A stretch of 13,073 nucleotides of DNA from Planctomycetota bacterium. GTDB taxonomy: Bacteria; Planctomycetota; B15-G4; JADJEK01. The DNA lies in NCBI GenBank assembly GCA_044225365.1, contig JBGAIQ010000090.1:1-13073 (forward strand), written 5' to 3'. The position numbers and the translations under genes were made by a program. Position 1 is the stretch's first letter. Each line of letters begins with the position of its first letter. The notes below the pieces were generated by a model, which made no database searches, was not told where the DNA came from, and saw only the letters and a program-made list of their open reading frames with translations. This document shows positions 1 through 8,481 of the stretch, in pieces.

Positions 1-1
1 A

Positions 2-1513
2 GCTCGTTCCATTCGAAGACTCCTGATCGCGAACCGCGGCGAGATCGCCGTACGCGTGGCGCGCTGTGCCGCGGAACTCGGAATCGAGACCGTGGCGATC
101 GCGAGCGAGGCGGATCGCTTCGCCATGCACACTCGAGTCGCTGACCGCACGGTCGTGATCGGGCCGGCGAAGGCGTCGGAGAGCTACCTCCGCGGCGATC
201 GCATCATCGCGGTCGCACTCGAGACGAAGTGCGACGCGATCCATCCCGGCTACGGATTCCTCTCGCAGAACGGCGCGTTCGCCGATTCTGTCGCCGCGGC
301 CTCATTGATCTTCGTCGGGCCATCCGGCGACGCGATGCGACTCATGGGCGACAAGACGGCTGCGCGGCGCGCCATGGAGCAAGCGGGAGTGCCCGTCGTT
401 CCCGGCTTCCAGGGGACGGGCAACGAGGACGCGAACACGCTGCGGCGCGAGGCGATCCGGATCGGATTTCCATTGCTCGTGAAGGCCGCTGCTGGCGGCG
501 GCGGGCGCGGCATGCGAATCGTCGCGACCGAGAAGGATCTCGATGCGGCGCTCGAGGGCGCGAGGCGTGAAGCGGAGAAGGCGTTCGGCGACGGCCGCGT
601 GTTCCTCGAGCGGTTCCTTCCGTCCGCTCATCACGTCGAGATCCAGGTGCTCGCCGATTCGCACGGTGAATGCATCCATGTGCTCGAGCGTGAGTGTTCG
701 GTGCAGCGGCGCTACCAGAAGCTGATCGAGGAGTCGCCGTCGCCGCGGCTCGACGCGAAGACTCGCGCGGCGATGGGCGACGCCGCCGTGCGCGCCGCCC
801 GCGCCTGTGGCTACGTCGGCGCCGGGACGATCGAATTCCTGCTGACGAACACGGGCGAATTCTATTTCCTCGAGATGAACACCCGCATCCAGGTCGAACA
901 TCCGGTGACCGAGTCGATCACTGGGATCGATCTCGTGGCGGCTCAATTGCGAGTCGCGGCCGGCGAAAAGCTTGGCATCGCCCAAGCCGACGTTTCGTCG
1001 CGCGGTCATGCGATCGAGTGCCGCATCAACGCTGAAGATCCTGCCGGAGGCTTCTTGCCGTCGACGGGTCGACTCGCCGCGATCTCGTGGCCCGAGGGGC
1101 CTGGCGTTCGGGTCGACTCGGGATACGCGACCGGCGACGAGGTCACGCTCCACTACGACTCCCTCCTCGCGAAGATCATCGTTCACGCCGCGAATCGCGA
1201 GTCTGCGATTCGTCGGATGCGCCACGCGCTTCGCGATACGACCGTGCTCGGTGTCGAGACGAACGCTCCGTTCCTCGATGCCGTGCTCGCGAACGATGTC
1301 TTCCTACGAGGCGATGCGACGACCACCTTCGTCCAGGATTCGATGGCGGATTGGAAGCCCTCGCCGCAAGCGCTCGATCCCGTCGATCTCGTCGCGGCAG
1401 CACTCCTCGATTCGCTCCGAGTCAGCGGCGGCAAGGAGTCGCGCGAAGCGGGCGCGACGCGCAGCGTTCACGACCCGTGGAACGCGATCGACGCCTATCG
1501 GGTCGGAGGCTGA
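2..1513 (+). CDS. Biotin carboxylase subunit of an acyl-CoA carboxylase (methylcrotonyl/propionyl/geranyl-CoA carboxylase alpha-like); start lies upstream of the window
   Basis: The frame is open from base 2 and reads ARSIRRLLIANRGEIAVRV, the canonical BC N-terminus, so the GTG at 56 is not the start. Motifs: HPGYGFLS(Q)N, MGDK, KAAAGGGGRGMR, ERECSVQRR, EMNTRIQVEHPVTE, GVRVDSG, YDSLLAK. It ends in DPW...YRVGG, like the post-BC linker of MCC-type alpha subunits. Confidence 0.95.
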   Translation, partial: ARSIRRLLIANRGEIAVRVARCAAELGIETVAIASEADRFAMHTRVADRTVVIGPAKASESYLRGDRIIAVALETKCDAIHPGYGFLSQNGAFADSVAAASLIFVGPSGDAMRLMGDKTAARRAMEQAGVPVVPGFQGTGNEDANTLRREAIRIGFPLLVKAAAGGGGRGMRIVATEKDLDAALEGARREAEKAFGDGRVFLERFLPSAHHVEIQVLADSHGECIHVLERECSVQRRYQKLIEESPSPRLDAKTRAAMGDAAVRAARACGYVGAGTIEFLLTNTGEFYFLEMNTRIQVEHPVTESITGIDLVAAQLRVAAGEKLGIAQADVSSRGHAIECRINAEDPAGGFLPSTGRLAAISWPEGPGVRVDSGYATGDEVTLHYDSLLAKIIVHAANRESAIRRMRHALRDTTVLGVETNAPFLDAVLANDVFLRGDATTTFVQDSMADWKPSPQALDPVDLVAAALLDSLRVSGGKESREAGATRSVHDPWNAIDAYRVGG

Positions 1514-1514
1514 C

Positions 1515-2033
1515 ATGCTGCATCGCTATCGCGAATCCCACGACACGAACGCGCAGCACTCGGTCGACCTGCCAATGCCGCCCGTTCCCGGCGCGACGCT
1601 GGACATCGCCGTCGACGGGAGAAAGATCGTCGTCGAGGTCGTTGCGGTCGAGGGTGCATCGATCGTCTTCCGCGCCGACGGCAAACTCGTTCGAGCCGCA
1701 GTCGCAGCGCTCGGTGAGCGCCGCGTCGTCCATCGCAAGGGTGAATTCCCCTCCTCGTTCGCGCGCGACGACGGCGCGAAGAAGTCGCGCCAACGCGGCG
1801 CCGCGGGCGGTGGTCTCGAAGCCACGATGCACAGTCAGGTGATCGCCGTCCACACGTCGGTGGGAGTGAGCGTGAAGCGGGGCGAAGTCCTCGTCACTCT
1901 CGAGGCGATGAAGATGGAGATGCGCGTCGCGGCGCCGTTCGACGGCGTGGTCAAGGCGATCTCATGCGCCGTGGGCGACGTCGTCGAGCAGGGCCGAGTC
2001 CTCGTTCAGCTCGCAACGGACGCCGCGACCTGA
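1515..2033 (+). CDS. Biotin carboxyl carrier protein with N-terminal BT-like beta domain (second half of a split carboxylase alpha subunit)
   Basis: ATG at 1515 lies 1 nt after the BC stop, with GGAGG at 1505-1509. The C-terminal biotinyl domain has LEAMKMEMRVAAPFDGVV and GDVVEQGRVL. It is the 3' part of the 972..2033 ORF. Confidence 0.9.
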   Translation: MLHRYRESHDTNAQHSVDLPMPPVPGATLDIAVDGRKIVVEVVAVEGASIVFRADGKLVRAAVAALGERRVVHRKGEFPSSFARDDGAKKSRQRGAAGGGLEATMHSQVIAVHTSVGVSVKRGEVLVTLEAMKMEMRVAAPFDGVVKAISCAVGDVVEQGRVLVQLATDAAT

Positions 2034-2044
2034 TCGAAGCGAGA

Positions 2045-2938
2045 TCACGAGATTCCGGCGTTGCGAGCGCGTTGGAGCATTCGCAGCGCGGCGCGAATCA
2101 TGGGCATGTCGACCATCTTGCCGTCGAGTTCGAATACACCCCGGCCCTCGGCCTGGTGTTTCGTGTGCTCGGCAACGAGTCGATTCGCGGTGTCGATCTC
2201 TTCGCGGGTCGGTGTGAAGACCTCGAGGATGGGATGCACCTGTTTCGGGTGGATCGCGAGACGCCCCGTGTAGCCGAAGATCAGCCCGTCGCGCGTGTCG
2301 CGAATCAGTCCTTCGGTGTCGTTGAGATGAACGTACGGAGTGTCGATCGCTTGGATTCGCTCGGCAGCGGCTTGCACCACGAGCATGGATCGCGCAACGG
2401 CCACCTCACGGCCATCGGGCGTGCGCGTGGCGCCGATGTCGCCGCAGAGATCCTCGGCACCGAAGACGAGCGCATCGACGCGTGAGCTGGCCCTCGCGAT
2501 CTCGCGCAGCTCCACGACGCCGCGAGCGGTCTCGATGAGCGCAAGGACGCGAATCGTCCCGGTCGGTAGGGCCTTCTCCCGCTCGATGTCGCCGAGTCGC
2601 TGATCGAGCCAGTGCAGCGACTCCGCGGACTCGGTCTTCGGTAGCATCACGCTGTCCGGCGCGCGGGCGCCCTTGGCCAGCGCGCCCAGGTCTGCGTCCT
2701 CGAGGCCACTCCCGTGAGGATTGATCCGTACGCAGCGTTCCTTGCGACCGAAGTCGATCTCGGCGAGGGCGGCCGTCGTGGTGGCGCGCGCCTCCGCTTT
2801 CATCGAGAGCGCCGCTGCATCCTCGAGATCGAGGATGATCCCGTCGGCGTCGATCTTCGCCGCTTTCTCGATCTTGCTGCGCTCGGTACCCGGGCAGAAC
2901 AGCAAGGCTCGCCGAGGACGGGGAGTCGGGCGAGTCAC
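2045..2938 (-). CDS. CitE/HpcH-HpaI family CoA-ester lyase (citryl/malyl/citramalyl/HMG-CoA lyase-like)
   Basis: 3' part of the 2045..4105 ORF. GTG at 2938 overlaps the maoC stop (GTGA). Motifs: RRALLFCPG, IILDLEDA, CVRIN, VMLPK, LIETARG, LVFGAEDL, IDTPY, AIHPKQV, GVFELDGKMVDMP. Confidence 0.92.
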   Translation of the reverse strand: MTRPTPRPRRALLFCPGTERSKIEKAAKIDADGIILDLEDAAALSMKAEARATTTAALAEIDFGRKERCVRINPHGSGLEDADLGALAKGARAPDSVMLPKTESAESLHWLDQRLGDIEREKALPTGTIRVLALIETARGVVELREIARASSRVDALVFGAEDLCGDIGATRTPDGREVAVARSMLVVQAAAERIQAIDTPYVHLNDTEGLIRDTRDGLIFGYTGRLAIHPKQVHPILEVFTPTREEIDTANRLVAEHTKHQAEGRGVFELDGKMVDMPMIRAALRMLQRARNAGIS

Positions 2939-3387
2939 TGCGGCCTCCGCAGGAACATCACCGACCGTTCGATCTCGATGACCACGTCGCCCTTCTGGTT
3001 CACGCCGCGGTGGAGGAGCTTCACGATCCCGCGATCGGGTTTGCTCGACGAGAGCTTCTTGTCGAGGATCTCGGTCTCGACGTAGAGCGTGTCGCCGTGG
3101 AACATCGGCTTCGGATGCGCGACGCGGTCGTAGCTCAGGTTCGCGACGATCGTTCCCTCGGTGAGTTCGGTCACCGTGAGGCCGACGGCGAGACCCATCG
3201 TGAAGATTCCGTTCACGATGCGGTGCTGGAACTGCGTCTTGCTCGCGAAATCCTCGTTGAGATGGAGCGGCTGCGTGTTCATCGTGAGCGCGCAGAACAG
3301 GACGTTGTCCATCTCGGTGAGGGTGCGACCCGTGGAATGACGGATGCGATCGCCCGGGTTCAGGTCGTCGTAGTACTTGCCAGCCAT
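2935..3387 (-). CDS. MaoC-family (R)-specific enoyl-CoA hydratase/dehydratase (hot-dog fold)
   Basis: 150 aa with GRTLTEMDNVLFCALTMNTQPLHLN, the hydratase-2 D...H motif, plus GTIVANL, PKPMFHGDTL and GIV...NQKG. Confidence 0.92.
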   Translation of the reverse strand: MAGKYYDDLNPGDRIRHSTGRTLTEMDNVLFCALTMNTQPLHLNEDFASKTQFQHRIVNGIFTMGLAVGLTVTELTEGTIVANLSYDRVAHPKPMFHGDTLYVETEILDKKLSSSKPDRGIVKLLHRGVNQKGDVVIEIERSVMFLRRPQ

Positions 3388-3495
3388 GAGAAGTTCTTCT
3401 TCGCTGCGGAACGAGTGGGATTGGCTTCGCTGCGCTTCTTATCGGAAAACGTCGGGCTTGGCGAGGGCCGACATCGCACCGGCGCGCGCGATCCC

Positions 3496-3816
3496 TCAGT
3501 CCGCGACCTTCTCGATCACGGCCGACATCGATCCCGCGCATTTCGGAATGCGCCAATCCGCTCCGAAGGAGTGGACTTGATCCTGTTTCAGTTCGACGAG
3601 CTCGAGATGGGCGGTGAAGATGATCGCGCGCCCGCTGTTGTCGACTTCCTGCGCAAACTTGAACGCCTGCTGCTCGGAGTGAGCGAAGACCGCGACGAGC
3701 ATCTCGATGACGTACTCGTACGAATGGTCGTTGTCGTCGAGCAGAACGAGGTTGAATCGCGGCGCATACTGCGTCGCGGCGTCGGTCTTCGTGATCTCTT
3801 GGGTCTTGGTCGCCAT
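3496..3816 (-). CDS. clpS: ATP-dependent Clp protease adaptor ClpS (divergent type)
   Basis: 106 aa with an unstructured N-terminus, then FNLVLLDDNDHSYEYVIEML...EVDNSGRAII...E.VELK, matching the ClpS fold pattern. Confidence 0.88.
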   Translation of the reverse strand: MATKTQEITKTDAATQYAPRFNLVLLDDNDHSYEYVIEMLVAVFAHSEQQAFKFAQEVDNSGRAIIFTAHLELVELKQDQVHSFGADWRIPKCAGSMSAVIEKVAD

Positions 3817-3830
3817 GGAGTGCGGCCGCG

Positions 3831-3836
3831 ATTATA
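3831..3836 (-). promoter_or_regulatory. Putative -10 element (TATAAT) for clpS
   Basis: Perfect TATAAT on the minus strand in GC-rich surroundings, 14 nt upstream of the clpS ATG. No recognisable -35 and no SD. Confidence 0.55.
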
Positions 3837-3895
3837 GCCGCGGGCGGGCGGAGCCTGGCGTCGAGATGCAAGGGATCGTCGAGGCGACGCTCTCG

Positions 3896-3937
3896 AAACG
3901 CAACGGGGGCGTCGCCACGCACGGTGACGACGCCCCG
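3896..3937 (-). terminator. Putative intrinsic terminator hairpin after the sigma factor gene
   Basis: 13-bp stem GGGGCGTCGTCAC/GTGGCGACGCCCC (one G-U pair on the minus strand), 5-nt loop (3906-3936), followed by a weak U-tract (TTGCGTTT), about 30 nt after the sigma stop. Confidence 0.55.
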
Positions 3938-3965
3938 AATCGATGAATCGCGCGAATCGTTCGAG

Positions 3966-5144
3966 TCAGCGACCGAAGGGGTCGCGCGGGTCGGGCACCG
4001 AGTCGCGCAGTTGATCGAGCGCGCGAGCCTGGAGCTGACGAACGCGCTCGCGGGAGATGCCGAGCACCTCGCCGACCTCTTCGAGCGTCCGCGGATCGTG
4101 ACCATCGAGCCCGAATCGCATGCTCAGCACTTCCTGTTCCCGCGAGGGCAGTTCTACCATCAGGTCGTGGAGGCGTGCGCGTAGATGCTCGTTCGCTTCG
4201 ACCTCAGCGCGGTGGGCGAGATCGGGTCCGACGAGATCGTTCCGCATCGGCCGCCCGTCTTCGTCCGCGACGCGGTCCAGCGACATGACGCCGGACTTGA
4301 TCGAGAACGCATGGGCTGCCGCTTCACGATCGATTCCCATCAGTTCAGCGAATCGCCCGGCATCGAGCTTGGCGCCGCCTGCCTTGCGATTCAGTCGATT
4401 GGCCTTCGACAGTTTTTGACGCATGGGCCGCGGCACGTGGATGACGTCGCGGTCGGTGTCCGTCGCGCGCTCGATCGACTGCCGGATCCACCACTCCGCG
4501 TAGGTCCGGAATCGGACGTTGTGTCGCCAGTCGAACTTGTCGGCGGCGCGAATGAGGCCGAGATTGCCGTGTTGGACGAGGTCACCGTGCGGAATGCCGT
4601 AGGTCCGGTATCGCATCGCGATGCGCTCGACCAATGCGAGATTGTGCTCGATCAGTTCATTGCGGAAATGCAGCCACTCGTGCCAGCGCGCGGTCACATG
4701 AGTGACGTCGGGCAAGGCCAGGTCGGATGGCCACTCCCCATAGGAACGCTCGTTCGAGAGGCCGATCAGGGTTCGGTAGTGCGCGCGCTGTTCCTCGGCG
4801 ATCGCCGCATGGGCGAGCGTGAAGGAGAGCCGGGCCCGCGTGAATTCGATGCGCCGCGCGAAGCGGAGTTCTTCGTCGAAACTGAGCGCCCGAGTGGCGC
4901 CGAAAGCGAACTCCGTCGCGAAGCCGCCCACTTTCGGAAGGACGCTGAGGTCGACGGCTGGGAAGCCCTCAGCGTCCAGCCCAACGATGGGCTTGTGCCC
5001 CAGCATCCGTAGGAGTCGGGGGAGGTCGTCGGCGAGGGCGTCTGGATGTTGGAGAAGAGAGTCGAGCAGGGCGAGGTCGATCGAATTGGAAACGAGAGTC
5101 TGAGAGAAGAGGACGTCGATACCACGGTTCGGGATCATGAGCAC
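3966..5144 (-). CDS. RNA polymerase sigma-70 family factor (RpoD/RpoS-like group 2 type, no region 1.1)
   Basis: Region 1.2-like LSFDEELRFARRI; region 2 RNELIEHNLALV...DLVQHGNLGLIRAADKFD...RFRTYAEWWIRQSI; region 3 SLD; region 4 REQEVLSMRFGL...TLEEVGEVLGISRERVRQL. Start placed at GTG 5144, 7 nt after AAGGAG; alternatives are 5165 and 5138. Confidence 0.93.
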   Translation of the reverse strand: MLMIPNRGIDVLFSQTLVSNSIDLALLDSLLQHPDALADDLPRLLRMLGHKPIVGLDAEGFPAVDLSVLPKVGGFATEFAFGATRALSFDEELRFARRIEFTRARLSFTLAHAAIAEEQRAHYRTLIGLSNERSYGEWPSDLALPDVTHVTARWHEWLHFRNELIEHNLALVERIAMRYRTYGIPHGDLVQHGNLGLIRAADKFDWRHNVRFRTYAEWWIRQSIERATDTDRDVIHVPRPMRQKLSKANRLNRKAGGAKLDAGRFAELMGIDREAAAHAFSIKSGVMSLDRVADEDGRPMRNDLVGPDLAHRAEVEANEHLRARLHDLMVELPSREQEVLSMRFGLDGHDPRTLEEVGEVLGISRERVRQLQARALDQLRDSVPDPRDPFGR

Positions 5145-5210
5145 ACCAAGGCTCCTTCGGGCCAACTACCGCGCCAAACGGGTGGGAGAGCGCGGAACAA
5201 CAGGGATACT

Positions 5211-5231
5211 CATCCGATGAACCATCGGATG
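5211..5231. repeat. Perfect inverted repeat CATCCGATG-AAC-CATCGGATG (possible operator or hairpin)
   Basis: 9-3-9 palindrome read directly, in the divergent sigma/nuoB intergenic region. Function is inferred. Confidence 0.6.
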
Positions 5232-5396
5232 CAGACTTTTGGGTGAGCGTTCCGTCGTAAATCGCGTGTTTCATGGCGGACGTGAGTGGCGACCCATAGC
5301 GAGACGACGAACCGGTTCCGAACCGACAAGGTTCGAACTGTTTCTCGAATCCTCGAGTTTCGACGCGCGTCTCGTTTCGGAAGTGGTGGGGTTTGC

Positions 5397-5424
5397 TTGC
5401 GGGCGCGCTGCGCAGCGTTATCAT
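5397..5424 (+). promoter_or_regulatory. Putative sigma70-type promoter for nuoBCDI
   Basis: TTGCGG (5397-5402), 16 nt spacer, TATCAT (5419-5424), 55 nt upstream of nuoB. RBS AGGAG at 5469-5473. Confidence 0.5.
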
Positions 5425-5479
5425 CGCACCTTTTCCGCACCGCCCCTGATTTCGCATCGATCCGACGTAGGAGCCGACC

Positions 5480-5995
5480 ATGGCGCATGAACTCCCTGAC
5501 GACGGCGTCGCCGTGACGGGTCCCCTGGACCAACTCATGGCCTGGGCCCGCAAGAACTCGTTGTGGCCGATGCCACTCGGGCTGTCGTGTTGCGCCATTG
5601 AGATGATGTCCACGATCGGGCCGCGCTTCGATCTATCCAGGTTTGGGATGGAGGTAGCGCGTTTTTCTCCGCGACAGAGCGATGTGATGATCGTTGCCGG
5701 CACCCTCACCTGGAAGATGGCGAGTGTCGCGCGCCGCATCTATGACCAGATGCCCAATCCTAAGTATGTGATTTCCATGGGCGTATGCGCATCGTCGGGT
5801 GGTTTGTATCGGAACTACGCGGTGGTACCCGGCATCGATCGACTCATTCCCGTGGATGTGTACACCATGGGATGCCCGCCCCGCCCGGACACGTTGATCA
5901 ACGCGCTCCTCACCCTTCAGAAGAAGATCGAAGCCGGCACGACCCACGCGAGCGGCAACCCGAAGCCCGCCGTCGTCGGGCTCGGCATGAATTGA
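5480..5995 (+). CDS. nuoB: NADH-quinone oxidoreductase subunit B
   Basis: WARKNSLWP, tandem Cys in [34 protein letters not shown] (N2 cluster ligands). Confidence 0.97.
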   Translation: MAHELPDDGVAVTGPLDQLMAWARKNSLWPMPLGLSCCAIEMMSTIGPRFDLSRFGMEVARFSPRQSDVMIVAGTLTWKMASVARRIYDQMPNPKYVISMGVCASSGGLYRNYAVVPGIDRLIPVDVYTMGCPPRPDTLINALLTLQKKIEAGTTHASGNPKPAVVGLGMN

Positions 5996-6029
5996 GGCGC
6001 GAGAACCGAACCCTCCCGGAGTGATGACC

Positions 6030-6616
6030 ATGGCCGAACGACACGGAGACGAGCGCGTAACGATCGCTCCTGAACTCGTTGCCGAACGACTGAACGAGCA
6101 TCTCGTGCGAGCCAAGGGCCAGCGTCAGGACCTCGGCAAGGACGGACTTCTCGGGTTCCAAGTGGAACGCGAGCACCTGGTCGAATTCGTTCGCGCGCTC
6201 CGCGACGACGACGTGCTGCAATTCAAGCTGCCCCTCGACGTGACGGCGCTCGACTTCGCGGGCCGCGAGCCGCGATTCGACGTGGTCTACCACCTCTACT
6301 CGGTTCACCTGAAAATGCGGATCCGGATCAAGACGCCCGTTGCGGAGCGCAACAAGCGGGTTCCGAGTCTGTGCGACGTCTTCCCGGGCGTCGAGTTCCA
6401 CGAACGCGAGACCTACGACTTCTTCGGGATCCACTTCGATGGGCATCCCGATCTCCGGCGCATCCTGCTGCCGGATGAGTTCGAGGGGCATCCCCTGCTC
6501 AAGGACTACCCGGTCGAAGGAATCGAACCTGAACGGGTGTATCGCCTCAACGGTGGCGTGATGATGCCGCGACCCTTGGGCGCTGAACCGATCGATGGTG
6601 CGAGGATGGACACGCC

Positions 6617-6620
<4 letters not shown>
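6030..6620 (+). CDS. nuoC: NADH-quinone oxidoreductase subunit C
   Basis: DVTALDF..REPRFDVVYHLYS, RIRIK, ERETYDFFGIHFDGHPDLRRILLPDEFEGHPLLKDYP. ATG 6030 follows GGAG at 6018-6021; alternatives are 6021 and 6024. Confidence 0.95.
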
Positions 6621-7822
<1,202 letters not shown>

Positions 7823-7863
7823 GCGCGATCGTGGCAACACGGTCAGCATAGAGGCAATCAAGC

Positions 7864-8481
7864 ATGGTTCTGGTCAAGCAGCGCGAACTCAGTCTCGGTG
7901 AGCGGTTCTTCTTCAAGACCCTCGTCGTCGGTCTCATCTACACCTTCAAGAACATGTTCAAGAAGAAGGTGACGCGGCAGTATCCCGAGGTGAAGCTGCA
8001 GCCCAAGGCGTCGTTCCACGGCGTACCGGTCCTCGTCGCCGACGACGAAGGGAATCCACGCTGTGTTGCGTGCGGTCTGTGCGAGTTCGTGTGTCCGCCG
8101 ATCGCGATCACGATCGTCGGCGGATCCACTGAGCGTCAGATCGAACGCGCGCCGAAGACGTTCGAGATCGACATGCTGCGGTGCATCGAGTGCGGCTACT
8201 GCGAAGAGGTCTGTCCCGAAGAGGCGATCGTCCTCTCGCAGGAGTACGAGCTGGTCGGCGATCATCGGACCGATTTCAAGTGGGGGATCGACAAGCTCCT
8301 CACTCCGGCCTCGAAGCTCCAGCCGCGACTCGACTACATCCGGAAGAACTATCATCGATTCCAAGCCGACCCGCGACAGGAAGCGAATGCGGCGCAAGTT
8401 CCCGGCAAGGGCGGCACGGGCCGTGGCGTCGACGGCGCCCAGGTCCACGCGGCCCTGCAGCGCTACGGCAACAACTACTGA
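7864..8481 (+). CDS. nuoI: NADH-quinone oxidoreductase subunit I (2x[4Fe-4S])
   Basis: KVTRQYPE, CVACGLCEFVCP, FEIDMLRCIECGYCEEVCPEEAI. Confidence 0.95.
   Translation: MVLVKQRELSLGERFFFKTLVVGLIYTFKNMFKKKVTRQYPEVKLQPKASFHGVPVLVADDEGNPRCVACGLCEFVCPPIAITIVGGSTERQIERAPKTFEIDMLRCIECGYCEEVCPEEAIVLSQEYELVGDHRTDFKWGIDKLLTPASKLQPRLDYIRKNYHRFQADPRQEANAAQVPGKGGTGRGVDGAQVHAALQRYGNNY

Noticed and set aside
972-1514. N-terminal half of the 353-aa ORF 972..2033
   Set aside because: Alternative-frame overlap with the biotin carboxylase. The real start is ATG 1515 with its own SD.
2939-4105. The 686-aa ORF 2045..4105 as a long N-terminally extended or fused CitE
   Set aside because: The upstream 389 codons are Arg-rich off-frame translation overlapping maoC, clpS and the sigma 3' end. 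CitE homology starts at the GTGA-coupled start at 2938.
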